Shown here piece by piece: positions 48,626 through 61,819 of a stretch of DNA of 64,000 bases; the first letter of the stretch is position 1, and each line of letters starts with the position of its first letter. The translations under genes and the position numbers were made by a program. Source of the stretch: Podarcis liolepis (Eukaryota); the NCBI GenBank assembly GCA_965112155.1, contig OZ218098.1; one strand, given 5' to 3'. The notes beneath the pieces were generated by a model. That model was not told the origin of the DNA. It did no database searches and saw only the letters and a list, made by a program, of their open reading frames with translations.

Positions 48626-49746
48626 CCATGGAGTGACGCTGCATGGGAATGCTGTGGGTAGCAGGCATCCGCTCACCTCAGATCAGAGGGCTGGTGGTGC
48701 CCACAGTTCACCACTAATAAAGTTATACTGAGGGATAGTGATGTTGAGGGACTGCCAGATGGCACATTGCTGAGATGCCCCTCAAACCTGGATCCAGGCC
48801 TGGCAAGAAGGCCTGTTGAAAACCAAGGGGTAGCACATGAAATGACCTAAGGAAACCACTGCACAGCATCATTAAACCACCCCCCTGAGCCTTATGAAAG
48901 AGTGAAAGAAGCTTGTTGGGATGAAACAGCCAGGGAATAGCTCTTGGACAGTCACCCAGAGGGCAAAGAAATGTGAACGATGTGAACTGGCCTAGAAGTA
49001 AAATGTGCATTGGAACCTTTCACCAGACAGCATCCTTCACAGATTTTCTGGAGCAACTGCAAAATTCTCTCTCCTGCAGAATGAGGCAGCCACGTGATTC
49101 ACCTTTTGCTTTCCTCTCAATAAAGGATTTAGTTCCATGCTCACAGCAACAGGGACCTGTTCTCCCCCCCCACACACCTCCTTGATGCTCTCTTAGGCCC
49201 TTCTCAAATCCTCCTGTTTACTTCCACAGGTGGAATTGCGATTTGCTCTTCTTGTACATGCTTATTATTATTAATTTTTTTCCCGACGTCTTGATATTTC
49301 TGTGTGGCTGCCGTGGGAGATTTCACAGGTGGCTGATGAAGCTCGTTATATTTATTTGGACCTCCTCAGTGCTCCTTAAAAGGCAATTAAAATGAGAATG
49401 GAAATGACTGTATGTGGTCAAGCACACCGCTGCCTGACAATTCACACAACTGCCAGCAGAATATAAAAAGGGAGGGCTGTTTGCACTGGCACAAGGCGAA
49501 CACAGCTGTGCTAATGGCTTCCTAAACTTCTGCATTTGAAATTTGCCCAAGAGGAACTTTTACAATGGCATCGGTGACTGAAGCACATTAACCCTTCTAA
49601 TCTATACATTTAGCAGACTGCAGGGCAGGAATAGGCAACATGTCCCTCCCTGTCAATCATAGTTTTCTCCTCCAGAATATTAACATGGGGTGTACAGCAG
49701 GGCCTGTTCTATAGACTGGCACTAGCTGTTGCACAACAGCTTCAGC

Positions 49747-50072
49747 CCGTGGTGGACCTACATTTTGGGGGCCCTGAAGCTTGAGCTATCATGGGAGCCC
49801 CTTCACAACCAGCAACAAGGTCTCGGTAACCACTGTTATCTTCTTCCATGGGGTTGTTTACAACAACCTTTACAACATCTAAGCTACTGACTCTCAAGCT
49901 TTGGGGTTGTTGAAATACATACAACAACAAAATTAATAAATTTGAGTCATGCAACTCAAGTTGCATCTGCTAGACACGTTTTTTTTAAAGTAATGTGGAC
50001 TAAAGTCACTTATGGGGCCCTCCAGTATCAGGGATCTTAAGGTTCATTAGTTTCATAGTAGATCCACCCCTG
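49747..50072. mobile_element. hAT MITE
   Basis: Termini CCGTGGTGGACCTAC / GTAGATCCACCCCTG. Perfect 8-bp TSD GCTTCAGC at 49739-49746 and 50073-50080. Confidence 0.8.
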
Positions 50073-51428
50073 GCTTCAGCTGCTTTTGCAATCCACCCAA
50101 CACCAACACCCACCTTTCAATGGTGGGGATGGTGGTTTGCCTTCTTCCAACATCACTGCATAGGCAGAGCTTTTGCAAGTATGTAAGGGCAACCTAGGCT
50201 GCATCTAGGCACATCAAAGAAGCATTTCAGTTAAATGTGTTTTAAACTTTGTATGAGAAATTGCGTTGGCAAAAATGGAACGCCATCTGGGGTCACAGTG
50301 TTATCATGCATATACAATGCATATAAAATGCTTTTTCTCCACCCATCTAGCTGAGTCCCTAGAATGATCACTTTAAAAATACCTATTCTCCCATCACTGG
50401 TATGGCTTACCCCTAAGGAAAGAAGGAAAGGCAAGCATGAGCAAAAAAGGTCCCCCTATTTACATTTAGGGATTGGTCAAATCTATTGGTTTTGGTCCCG
50501 CTCCGTTTCTATTTTTTCAAGTGGGTTTGTTACTCTTTTTTCGTTAAGTTCTCCTGAAAATTCATCAGCACTTTAATGAGAATTTCTCCTAGTAAGCACA
50601 TGTTTGCATGCTATTTTGCCTTAGGGTTAAGCCATACCAACTGTCTACTGGAAGATTGCCTTGCAGAAATAGATTTAAATAAATAAATAAATAAATAAAT
50701 TCTAATATATGCATTTCGATGCACACTTTACCCTAGTATGTGCATTTTTGTACACATTACTTGGCTTAAGGATAGCATTGCAAAATTCAGAGAAGTGGGA
50801 ATTTTGCAGGATGGCTATGTTTTGGCTTGCATATGATTTCAGAAAGTGCAAATTAGGTGGGTCTAATTGAAAATGGAATTGAGTTTCTTCCCTTTCCCTA
50901 TTTATGTCGGCAACATATAAATTTCAAGGCAGAAAATGATTTTTGGCTGTGACTTAGCTCTCTAAGACCTTCACAAGAGATGGTTCTCAGGGTCAGCGTT
51001 CTCAGAGAATGTAGTTTCAGTATCCCTTCATGTCTGTTTTACAAAACGTTTCTGTGGGTCACCGTCCAGCGGTTTATATTGCTCAAAGTGCTTCTGTTGG
51101 TCTTTTGTATTCCTTTTCCATTCCAGAAGTTTGTTTTACAGAGTTGCAACCCAACTTTTTTATTTTCTGTGTTGCAACTTATATTGTATTTTGATATGGT
51201 CATGATGTCTATGTCGCACCTTGGTACTGGAAATAGTAGTTTTCTTTTGATGCTTAATGTAGATGTACATGTATGTATATACGTATGTGCATATAGAAAA
51301 AACAACAGTGTTTTGACAAATTCCTAGGGTCAAATTAGATGTGATGTTAAATTTGGGTAAACATACAACATACGGAAATTGGGAGAGTATTGGGAGAGAA
51401 GCAGAGTTGAAATCGCTGCATGCAGAGT

Positions 51429-51465
<37 letters not shown>

Positions 51466-51938
51466 CAACTAAGTGTTTTCTCCCAACAACAAAAAATCCA
51501 TCTTCAGAAATAGTTTTTTGTTCCAGTAGGAAAGTTTTCACAAAGGCCAATGGCAACTTCTGGCACAGAGAATTTGCAGCAGAACTGCAATGCAGGGGAG
51601 GCTTAGACTTACTTACAAAACGAAAAAAAAGGTCTATAATAAATGCCTAGAGATGCATTTAACATGAACAATGGTTTGGCCCATATCCTGCAGAACAAAT
51701 AATTAAATAAATAAATTGGAATATCCTGCACATTTCAGAACAAAGGGATGCTGAGTTAGGTGCAGCATATCAAACACAGTGGATAGTCTCCAACTAAGTT
51801 TTGCTATGAGTAGACCCACTGAAATGAATGAACATGGCTAAGTAAGGGTCATCAATTTTAGCAAGTTGAATACCACCCAGTCACACCTTAAAATAATCGT
51901 AGATATCATGTTGTACCTGCTATATACAGTATCTACAC

Positions 51939-52133
51939 AGGAAAGGCTGTAGTTCAGTGGTGGCTCATATGCCGTGTACACAAAAGGCTCCAGATTCGAT
52001 CCTTGGCACTTCTAGCTATAACTGGCAAAGACACAAGTCTAAAGACCTGGTGAGTTTCTGACAGCCAATGTGGACAGCGCTGAGATAGATGGAGCCGTAC
52101 CTAGTCTGGCTTGATATAAGGCAGCTCCTTGTG
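51939..52133 (+). mobile_element. Squam3-type SINE (degenerate)
   Basis: GGAAAGGCTGTAGTTCAGTGG...GATTCGATCC...ATATAAGGCAGCTCCT. Confidence 0.65.
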
Positions 52134-52908
52134 ACATTGTGAGTCCAATTCTTATTCTTGCCCTGTGGAGGTTGTGGGGGATGGAGAGACAGAAACACCA
52201 TGGTTTCTACACCACATGAATATAATAAAGGCTGCATGCCACTTTGTAAACAATTCTCTGGCCATTTTGGGAGGTGTGCTAATGCATGAATCTCTGATCT
52301 GCCTGAAGGGTCATAACAGCGTGAATTGCCTCTGTCACCAATTCCCTGGAAAAGAAGATTCACATAACCATTTTTCTCCCCACTGTGTGGTGATGATTTT
52401 CAGGAGACGGATCCACTGCAATTTGGGTGTGTTCAGGAAACCTCGCAGGTTCGGGTAGGCGAATTACCCTAATTTTTCTTAGACTTAACATATAAAGGCA
52501 GTATAATTGTATTAGACTCCATTTGTATAATTGCATTAGAACTAAAATCACAGTAAATTCTCAAGAGCTACTGCCAAAGGGCTCATAAATTCAAGGATTT
52601 ATTTGGCTGCACACATTTCTTAATATGAATACAATTTAATCTAAATGCCATTGTGGTTTTTTTGGGGGGGGGGTATTTCTCTCTTCTAGTAAACAAAGAT
52701 TTCTTTCTCAGTGTAGGGAGAAAGAATACATCAGAAGACAACCCAATTTTAAGTCTCAATAATTATCCATGCGAAAGATTTATGCAGTAGTAAATTCTGA
52801 AATGCGGGAGCTAATCATGACAATCTTCCATAATCACACCACCAAAGAAGTCAAAAAATGCTGGAAAATGTGTTGATCCATAGCTTAACACCCAGTTTAT
52901 TAGGATTG

Positions 52909-53206
52909 TTGTTTAGTCGTTTAGTCATGTCTGACTCTTCGTGACCCCATGGACCAGAGCACACCAGGCTCTCCTGTTTTCCACTGCCTCCTGCAGTTTG
53001 GTCAAACTCATGCTGGTAGCTTCGAGAACACTGCCCAACCATCTCGTCCTCTGTCATCCCCTTCTCCTTGTGCCCTCAATCTTTCCCAACATCAGGGTCT
53101 TTTCCAGGGAGTCTTCTCTTCTCATGAGGTGGCCAAAGTATTGGAGCCTCAGCTTCAGGATCTGGCCTTCCAGTGAGCACTCAGGGCTGATTTCCTTAAG
53201 AATGGA
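52909..53206 (-). mobile_element. BovB LINE, 5'-truncated
   Basis: Nearly identical to 30517-30817. TSD TTATTAGGATTG at 52897-52908 and 53207-53218. Confidence 0.95.
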
Positions 53207-55119
53207 TTATTAGGATTGGCAGGCCATTAAGAGAACAGTGGTGTAGTGATTAGCATGTTGGACATTGGCTGGATTCATTTTGGCAGGGTTCAACTGGATT
53301 GCCATGAGATTCATGGGGTGATCATGGGCCAGTCCCTGCCTGAGCCTAGCCTGGTTATCAAAGGGATTGTATGCCAGGCCAGACCTGTTCTCCAATGCCC
53401 CAAGCTTAAAATACAGGCAAATGCCACTCCTGCAGATTATGTCATTGGTGCTATTATGAAAAGGTATTGGAGCAGCATTCTTCCACGTTCTTGCTCCACT
53501 TCACTTAACTCATTCTGCTAAAATCAACATATTCTAGAAAAGCACAACTCTAGATGCCTCATCTCCAAATTTTGTAGGATTAGGATGAAGTATGCACCGA
53601 TCTCCAGCTATGAGAAAATTGCCTGCATTTGATTCAGCCATAATTGGGAAGATTACAAGTGATCAGGTTTGGATTCCCAAACTGTGATCTACAAGCTTCA
53701 TTCAGGTGATCCATGTTGTGTCTGTGGATTTGTGATTGAAGACAGGTGACGGCACATCCATCTCATTAAATATGCAAATTGATTTGTAATTGCATTTTTA
53801 TTGTTTCTATTTCTTATATTGTATTTTATTGTATTACAATTTGAACTGTATGGAATTAAAATTGCAATGGGATAAAATGGAATATATAAGAAATAAAATT
53901 AGCAAAAAACAACAGCAATTAAAATCATACAGCATCTAGCGCAACACACTGCAGTGGTGCTGTGATAGCAGGCAAAAAAATCATTAAATGGTCCGCTAAG
54001 ACCCACAGCAATATTCAAGGGGTCCAGGTATGGGAACCACTGCCTTATTGCAACCCACAGTGGTGAAAAGTCTCTAGGAAAAGTATGTAGAAAGATGGAA
54101 GATATTTTAAACAAACAATCAAACCCACAACACTTATTCCCACTCCCATTTGTGTTAATGTTTCATTTTCCAGATTTAGATTCTTTGTTGGTGATTTCAA
54201 AAAGTCGCATATCCAATAACATTTTATTTAAGCTCTTTAAAACCTGCCAAGATAAAAGCTAATCTTTCCTGTAATCAGTATGCAGAGATGAAGAGAAGCA
54301 GCAGCAAAGCAGTTGCTGCATGTTTGCTGACAAAATATTTAATCCAAACATTTAATTTCAATCTGCCACTGTTCTCAGTTGGTATAATTACTTTAAGCAA
54401 ATATCATGTAAGAAGAAATGGAAAATAGTCTCAGCCAGTGAAATGTAAATAATAAAAAATAATCATCATCATTGCAGGCTTAAAGCCTTCTTTAGGGTCT
54501 GTTCTGTAGACTATTTTAAATGCTTTAAGTGGCTTCACATTAATTCTAACATCACAGTCTGTGATTCTGCCATGCCCACGAATACTATAAAGCCCTGCAA
54601 ATAACATGCAGCCAAAAATACTGTCTTTTTTCTGATTGGAATTTACAGATCCAGCCATAAACGTAACAATGGATACACAAATGTCACACAAATCTGGACA
54701 GTCAAATGACATCATGAGATTTAAAATGCTCTGTAAATTTCCACACCATTATTATTCACTTGGATCGGAGACATTGATTGATGTTTGATTTGATTTGTCC
54801 AGATTTACAGTATGTTATTGATACTTGATTCCAAACGTGGTGTGGGTGTGTTTGTATGTATGGGGTATGATCTGTAGCAAGGCTGGAATGAATTGACACC
54901 TACACTTTACAGCCCCTTTAACATACAGTGAAATTTTGCACCATTTCTCTCATTTTCAGGGGAATGTGTGCTGTAATGCATGCTGAAACTTGCCAGCTTA
55001 TATTTAGAAGCAGGGCAATAGGTCTTTCATTAACTGGGACCAGTCAAATGAAATATATCTCACTAATTGAAATGATTGTGCTGGTTCTCAGCCCAATTCA
55101 GAAGCCTATTCAAAGTGCT

Positions 55120-55458
55120 AGAGGAGACTCTTGAGGGTCCTATGGACCGCAAGAAGTTCAAACCGATCCATTCTGAAGGAAATCAGCCCTGAGGGCTCAC
55201 TGGAAGGACAGATCGTGAAGCTGAGGCTCCAATACTTTGGCCACCTCATGAGAAGAGAAGACTCCCTGGAAAAGACCCTGATGTTGGGAAAGATGGAGGG
55301 CAGAAGGAGGAGGAGACGACAGAGGATGAGATGGTTGGACAGTCTTCTCGAAGCTACAAACATGAGTCTGACCAAACTGCAGGAGGCAGTAGAAGACAGG
55401 AGTGCCTGGCGTGCTCTGGTCCATGGGGTCACAAAGAGTCGGACACGACTAAACAACA
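55120..55458 (+). mobile_element. BovB LINE, 5'-truncated
   Basis: ORF RVLWTARSSNRSILKEISPEGSLEGQIVKLRLQYFGHLMRREDSLEKTLMLGKMEGRRRRRRQRMRWLD...AWRALVHGVTKSRTRLN. TSD ATTCAAAGTGCT / ATTCAAAATGCT. Confidence 0.95.
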
Positions 55459-56727
55459 ATTCAAAATGCTCGTTCATACCTTGATAAGACCTGAATGGCA
55501 TAGGGCCAGATACCTGAAGGACCACCTTTTACTGCGTGACTTACTCCAAATGCAGAGGTCATCTTCAGAAACCTATTCTTTTTCCACTTTTTTTTTTAAT
55601 GCTTAGTTTAAACTTTTATAAAATGCAATTACCCCCTGCCTTCCAGGGCAAAAACATTAGAAGAACATAAAAAGAGCCCATGCAAAGGAAAGGCCCATTG
55701 AGTCATGCATTCTGTTCCCATAGTGGCCAATCCAATGCCTATGGGAAGACCACAAGCAAAGTATGAGAGCCATAACACTCAGGATCCCCATCTACTGGTG
55801 TATAGAGGCAGACCACCTCTGATACTGAAGGCAGCCATCGTTACTAGTATAGAAATTGATCTCCTCCTCCATGACATTGTCTAATCCCTTTTGAAAGCTA
55901 TCCAAGTTGGTAACTATTACTATTACTTGTGATGGGTGAAGCAAGTGGTGACCAGGAATAGGGTATTCTCTGTTTTGGTACCCTAGTTATGGCATCCTCT
56001 CCAGGAATACACATCTGGAGCAAGGGATGTAGGAAGGCACCTGTTTACACAGCAGTTTGATTTCCACTAAATACTAAATAATTTCTCTCTCTATTTACGT
56101 AATTATCTATGAAATTTATGTAAGAGGTGGAATCTACAAACATATTTTTTATATTTAAAAAAACGTTCTGCAAATGCTTTTTTAAAAAAATAATACATTG
56201 AATTTTCCATAAGGCTCACCATCGCCATCTAATGTCACATTGTATATTGCACTTAAAACACACATTTTGCAGCTCTTCAAATTTAACGTAATGACATGGC
56301 ACCATTCATTTCAATGGAAGGACCATTCATTTCAGTGCAAAGGAAATGCAATTTAAAGGGGAAGGGGAGTCATCAATTTCTGTATCTTTGCAGACTGCGG
56401 GGAGAAAAACCGCATAGCTAATTCCGATCGGTATTTGCTTGATTGATTTTTGTTCCGGCTATCAGACGAATAAACGAACATCGGCGATGTCTGCTTTGGC
56501 TTCTATTTTTGTTAGAATTCTCTGACATCCCTACTTGGTGCAGAGTCTGATGCCCTTTGCTAGATGAGGACCTTTTTATTTGCCTTGGGTTTTTAGATGG
56601 ACATTTGTTCACTTCCCCCACCCCAGTCCCAAAAGATTCCCACTGCAGATGGGAATACAGCCCAAAATGTTCAGTAGGTCTCTTCCACCCTCTAGAGAGC
56701 CTTTTTAGGAATGTGGGTCAGTGTAGG

Positions 56728-56734
<7 letters not shown>

Positions 56735-56796
<62 letters not shown>
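56735..56796. repeat. (AT)n microsatellite, ~31 units, within an L2-like 3' remnant
   Basis: Perfect AT run. Confidence 0.95.
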
Positions 56797-56799
<3 letters not shown>

Positions 56800-57881
56800 G
56801 AGGCCATGTTTGTTCTGTTTTTGGACATCTTTTACTGATTTTATTATTAATGTGTTTTTAACTTATGTTAGTCACTCTAAAAGTCTTTGTACTAAAGACT
56901 GGGGCGTGAAATATGTGCAGAACAAACAAAGAAATGAACTTATCTACCCTGGTAACCAGATCAACCTTCAATTAGGTTTGGGCAAGTCATAAACGACATC
57001 GTGCACGGGAGCTGGATAACAGCATCTCGACCAGGTAACAAAACCTATTAACATTTAAATTGAGAATCCCAGGAGGGGCAAGCAGACTAGGCAGAATACA
57101 TAACTCCTTATGTGTGACAAGCCGTTCGCTATGTATGGCAGACAGGATTAAACAAAGGAAATGCAGCATATACACATACTGAATGGGGCTCATTGTCCAA
57201 AAGGAAATACAAACCTTGGTAAGCGTGACTGGTACCCTTAGAACCTTGCACGCACGAACACAGAGCCAGTCATCCCATGCAGGGCAAACCATAGCAAGCA
57301 TAACTGGTATGCTTTTTTGCTCATCCTGGTTGTACCTCCTGAGCCCCCCGATATTCCCCTCAGTTTGGTGACAGAACTGTGCATGCCACATGGTTACTCC
57401 TGGGACACCCCCCCCCCCTTAGACTATTCCATTGCCAATGTTGCGGTAAGTTTTAGGTGCCAGTCCAATCGGGTTCTGTACATGAAACTGGAGCAGCATG
57501 GGCAAGGGTCTTAGGTGCTATCTCTGCCTTTGCCTCAGGGAGATATACCCCAGGGCTGGCCCTGGTCACAGGATGAGATTGCTCTGCTCCTTAATTAATC
57601 ACAATTGTTTTTTTAACCTCTGCATACTCAAGTCAGTTTAAGCCACAACAGTGCCATGCCAAACATCCATTTATGTCCATGTGCAAGATAGCAAACTGGG
57701 CAAGATACTAAGTCATTTATCAAGCAGAGCCCAGCCCAGAATATTAGAAACTCTCCACTGCCTGTTGGGTGAACCTGATAAACTAAGCCTGTTATCATCA
57801 TCATCATCATTGGTGTTGGTGTTTGCTATAATTTCTTACCCACCCTTCACCATAAGGTCCCAGGACCTGTTACAACAGTAT

Positions 57882-57884
<3 letters not shown>

Positions 57885-57929
<45 letters not shown>
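57885..57929. repeat. (AC)n microsatellite
   Basis: Perfect run. Confidence 0.95.
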
Positions 57930-57931
<2 letters not shown>

Positions 57932-58516
57932 AAATAAATCGTGAAATCAGCTTTTTAAAAAAACCTGTACAATGCATCAATCTTTCACTTAAGTTGGTAG
58001 CTTGTAGACGGATACCAAGCCTCACACTTTTTCTTCTACTCTTCTGTAGTAGCTCCAGTCACAAATGATATATGACATATCTCTCTTTTTTTTAGGTGGA
58101 GGGGAAATGATATTGCCATCCTTTGGTCATTAAGAAGCAAAAGAATTTCACTAATTTATTGTTTAGCAAAAGCATTCAAAGATTAGAAATAAATCCTGTC
58201 ACTCTACCCACACAGATCATCCAGCCTAACTTGCCGTAATTAGGAAATGCAAAACATATTGAAAGGGGGGGGGCAGGAAGGGGAAAGAAATAGGAGGGAG
58301 TCTGAACTTAGCAGGTTCCAAAGAACCTCAGTGGGTGATGTTGCTTCTTGAGTAATTACTACAATAACTCTTTGAAGTGAAGGGTGCAATTTTGTTTACT
58401 CCTTAACCAGTCTTGCTTGTATTACAGGTCAAGCATGTATGTCAAAAACTGTTGGCTTTAACCGCAGCTATTTCTGTTAACTTATCTGATTTGTTTACAT
58501 GGCTAAACAGTTTGGG

Positions 58517-58519
<3 letters not shown>

Positions 58520-58577
<58 letters not shown>
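58520..58577. repeat. (CT)n microsatellite
   Basis: Perfect run. Confidence 0.95.
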
Positions 58578-58580
<3 letters not shown>

Positions 58581-60510
58581 CTGCAAGAAAAGAATTCCAC
58601 TGCAGTGGTTAGGAGAAGCAGCACAGGCTGACAATGGTAACCTAGTTCTTTATTTATTGCTCCCAGCAGGTGTCAGATGCTGTGGTTTCTTTACAACCAT
58701 CAACACCCTGGGGCTTTTTAGTTCCACATACAAGATAAGGAAGATGGGGGATGGCAACTAACCTCCAGGGATTAGGTACCTGAATCCTATCCCAACTGCT
58801 AGCAGACTCCAGCTGTGTCTAAATGTGTTTTTGTGGTGTTTTTTTTGAGGGGGGGAAAGGAGAATTTCTGATGTTCAGTGGTTGCTGATTACTTCCAGAT
58901 TTTAGTTCTACCCCAGTGGAGATTGGCTACAAAGAGTTTTAGCTGTTGTTAAAAACTGCAATTGCGCCAAGGAAATGTCTTCTTTACAACCAGTTTCAAA
59001 AACACGAACTGTTAAAGCAGTGTTTTAAGGAAAGGTATGGGGCGACAAGGAGAGAAAGAGTGAGAGATCTGCAGATGTCTCAGGAAACCCGTTCAAAACA
59101 GTGTAGCAAGGCAGAGTTAAATGTGAACAAGCCATACTTATTGTGCGTTCGTTCTTTTACCATGGTGGGTTCCAATCAAACTTCCAGCTGCAAATTAATC
59201 GACAGTTACCAAGACTGATTTTAAGTATCTTTGGATGCTTTGATAAAAGCAACTCTATGTAACTCCTGTAAACATTTTTCCTGTAAACATTCCTCCAAAT
59301 TTCCCCCCTGTAAACATTCCTCCAAATTTCACAGCTACCTCAGCTCCTTTAGATGCGGAAAAAGTTTGTTATAATAAAATTGGATGCTAGAGCAAAAAGT
59401 CCCCTTCTGCTTCTCTGTTAATACGTAGAGCTCTGTCTTTAATGCATATAGATTTAAGCCATTCATAAATAATATGGTTAGTTCACTGTAGATGAAGGCA
59501 TCATTTGACCTGTGGAAAAGGAGGAGGCAAGTTACAGATGAAAGCTAGAGACTTACACTTAAAAAACAAAACAAAAACAACTCACTCTGGGCTTGGTGTA
59601 AGGTAATTATATATACAATACAGTATATAATATAACCTAACGTTATATATATTATGCAACATATAAAGAGTTAAAGGTAATCCACTGTCAAAGTTAAAAG
59701 CTCAGCTTTAGGTTTAGTTTCAAAATAAGTTAAAATCTACTTCGATTTTTAGAACTTCAGCAGGAAATCAAGTTCTTGCATTCTCTGAAGGACTTCAACT
59801 GCTCCTGTTCTCACCTTAATCCCCACTTGATCACCACCCATTGCCTGCTCCCCTGACAAAAACAAAACACCTATTCCCCCAAACAGAAGGACTGTGCACA
59901 GCTACCTGATCCACCTTCTCTGACTTGGGGAGCGCCCACTCTGGATCCATCCCCCAAGCAATGGTGGGGAGGGGGTGCTAAGTGGTTTTTTTTTTATAAA
60001 AAAACCACTTTTTAAACATAAAGTTAAAATAGGGTTTAAAAATACAGTCAGGAGTTCTCAAAGATGAAATTGCGGATGTAACAAAAATATGTAACTTGTC
60101 CTTCAGATCAGCCTCCATACTTGAAAACTAGCAAGTGATCAGCACCCTTCACCATCTACCCCCCCGTGGATGAGAGAAGGTAACATGCTTCTGTGTGCTC
60201 CATGTTTACATTTTATCTGCTCCTTGCAGGCGCTGCATCAGCTTTTGCGCCGGGATTCCACTGTAGTGTGTACCCATAACAGGGGAAGGGTATACCACAA
60301 CAGAAGCCACGTGTGACCAAGGGACAAGCAGACCTTTTAACATATATGGTACACATTTCCCCCACTGGCTTTAATTAATTCAATGTGTTTAGATAAGTTA
60401 GACATCCGCTATCAGTCATCATACAATCACAAATTATTACATGCACTTTGATAACCGCGAGGAAGCTATTATGTTTTTTTCCTGTATCAGGTTGTTGATC
60501 GACAGCTATC

Positions 60511-60530
60511 CAGATGCTTTTAGCTGATAA
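60511..60530 (+). promoter_or_regulatory. Candidate E-box/GATA composite element
   Basis: CAGATG-CTTTTAGCT-GATAA has 9 nt between the E-box and the GATA core. It lies in a repeat-free segment with three further WGATAR sites. Confidence 0.4.
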
Positions 60531-60756
60531 CAATCAGCCAAGAGCTGCCGCTGATTATAACGAACTGTGAAAAATGTGGCTAATCTGTGTTGGTTTGGGG
60601 ATGTCTGGAAATACAGTCTTTTGATCCTTTTTGTGCTTTCCCGGCTGCGGGCAAAGTTGGCCGACATCACCGAATATAGTGTAGTGACCAGCCTGCGCCA
60701 GCTAGTATTCGTGTTTATAATCTGAAATGTGGCATCAGTGCCTTGAGGGCATAGCG

Positions 60757-60890
60757 CAGGGGTGGGGAACTTGTGGCCTTCCAGATATTATTGAATTCCC
60801 ACTCTCATCAGCCCCTGGCAGTATGGCCACTGGTCAGGGATAATGGAAGCTGCAGTCCAGCAGCATCTCAAGGGGCGCAGGACTCCTACA
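60757..60890. mobile_element. MER5-like hAT-Charlie MITE
   Basis: CAGGGGTGGGGAACTTGTGGCCTTCCAGAT... with an internal hairpin. Confidence 0.6.
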
Positions 60891-61672
60891 TTTTGCATAG
60901 GGGAAGCAAAAACAGCAGCACAGTAGCAGTAGCAGCTGCCTACAACACAAGCACAGAAATTCAATGGAGCAAAGTGAAACCTCTGACATCAGTAAACTCA
61001 GTGCCTTCCATTTCTGGCACCTTTGTCTGTCTCTGCAATCATCACCAGCTCCTCGCTCACACACTCCCATAATTCACAAATTTGGCATTGTGTTCTCCAT
61101 CAGGATACTGGACTGTTGTGTCTTGGATATAGGCCGCTAAGCTTGTATGGTTTGGGACCAAATCAGATGCTGCACCCACCTATTTGATCCCACTGGAAAC
61201 ACTATTTCCTGGAGGGAAAGCTAGGACTAGACAAACGTGGAAGGAACATTGCTTACCCCTTTGCATGCATGCCACAGCCCCTCTCTACATTACCTCCACA
61301 GGCCCTTGGCACATGGCATGGTGGGGCTGTGCTATATACCTGTCCTCCATCTGACTGAGCCACTGCTGCATTCAGGGATGGAGACAGGGACAGGCAAGGA
61401 GGTGGCAAGGTCAGTGTGGTGCAAATGTGCCAGCAGGGGCACCAGATAGCTTCACTACTGTGTTCACACCACGCCAGCCTGCTGCTGCCTCTCCCCTTGC
61501 CCCTACATCCTAGTATGCAGCAGCAACTCTGCCAGAGGCAGGTCAGCTGAATGGCACAGCTTCCACCAGGCTGTCCACTACTGCCCTGGGCAATGCTTCT
61601 GCCCCTTGCTGTGTTCCAGGTGTGGGAAAACACACATTTAGAACTCTGCAGGGGGAAGAAGACAGAAAGAAT

Positions 61673-61819
61673 CATGGGCATAGCCGGGATTTTTGTTGGG
61701 GGGGGCAGGACTTGGGGGGGGGCAGAACCGCCCTGATTGGTCAGTTAGTTAAGTATTTCTATTGTTTTATTTGATCTAGGGGGGCAGCTGCTCTCCTTCC
61801 CCCTTTGGCTACTCCCGTG
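61673..61819. mobile_element. hAT-like MITE
   Basis: TIRs CATGGGCATAGCC / GGCTACTCCCGTG with internal G-runs. No TSD recognisable. Confidence 0.6.

Noticed and set aside
55118-55525. Overlapping ORFs that recur at 30.6 and 52.9 kb
   Set aside because: These are sense and antisense frames of BovB fragments, not host genes.
60230-60290. Exon candidate after TTTTATCTGCTCCTTGCAG (ALHQLLRRDSTVVCTHNRGR)
   Set aside because: The donor is weak (GTATAC) and the peptide is unrecognised. Such acceptors are frequent by chance.
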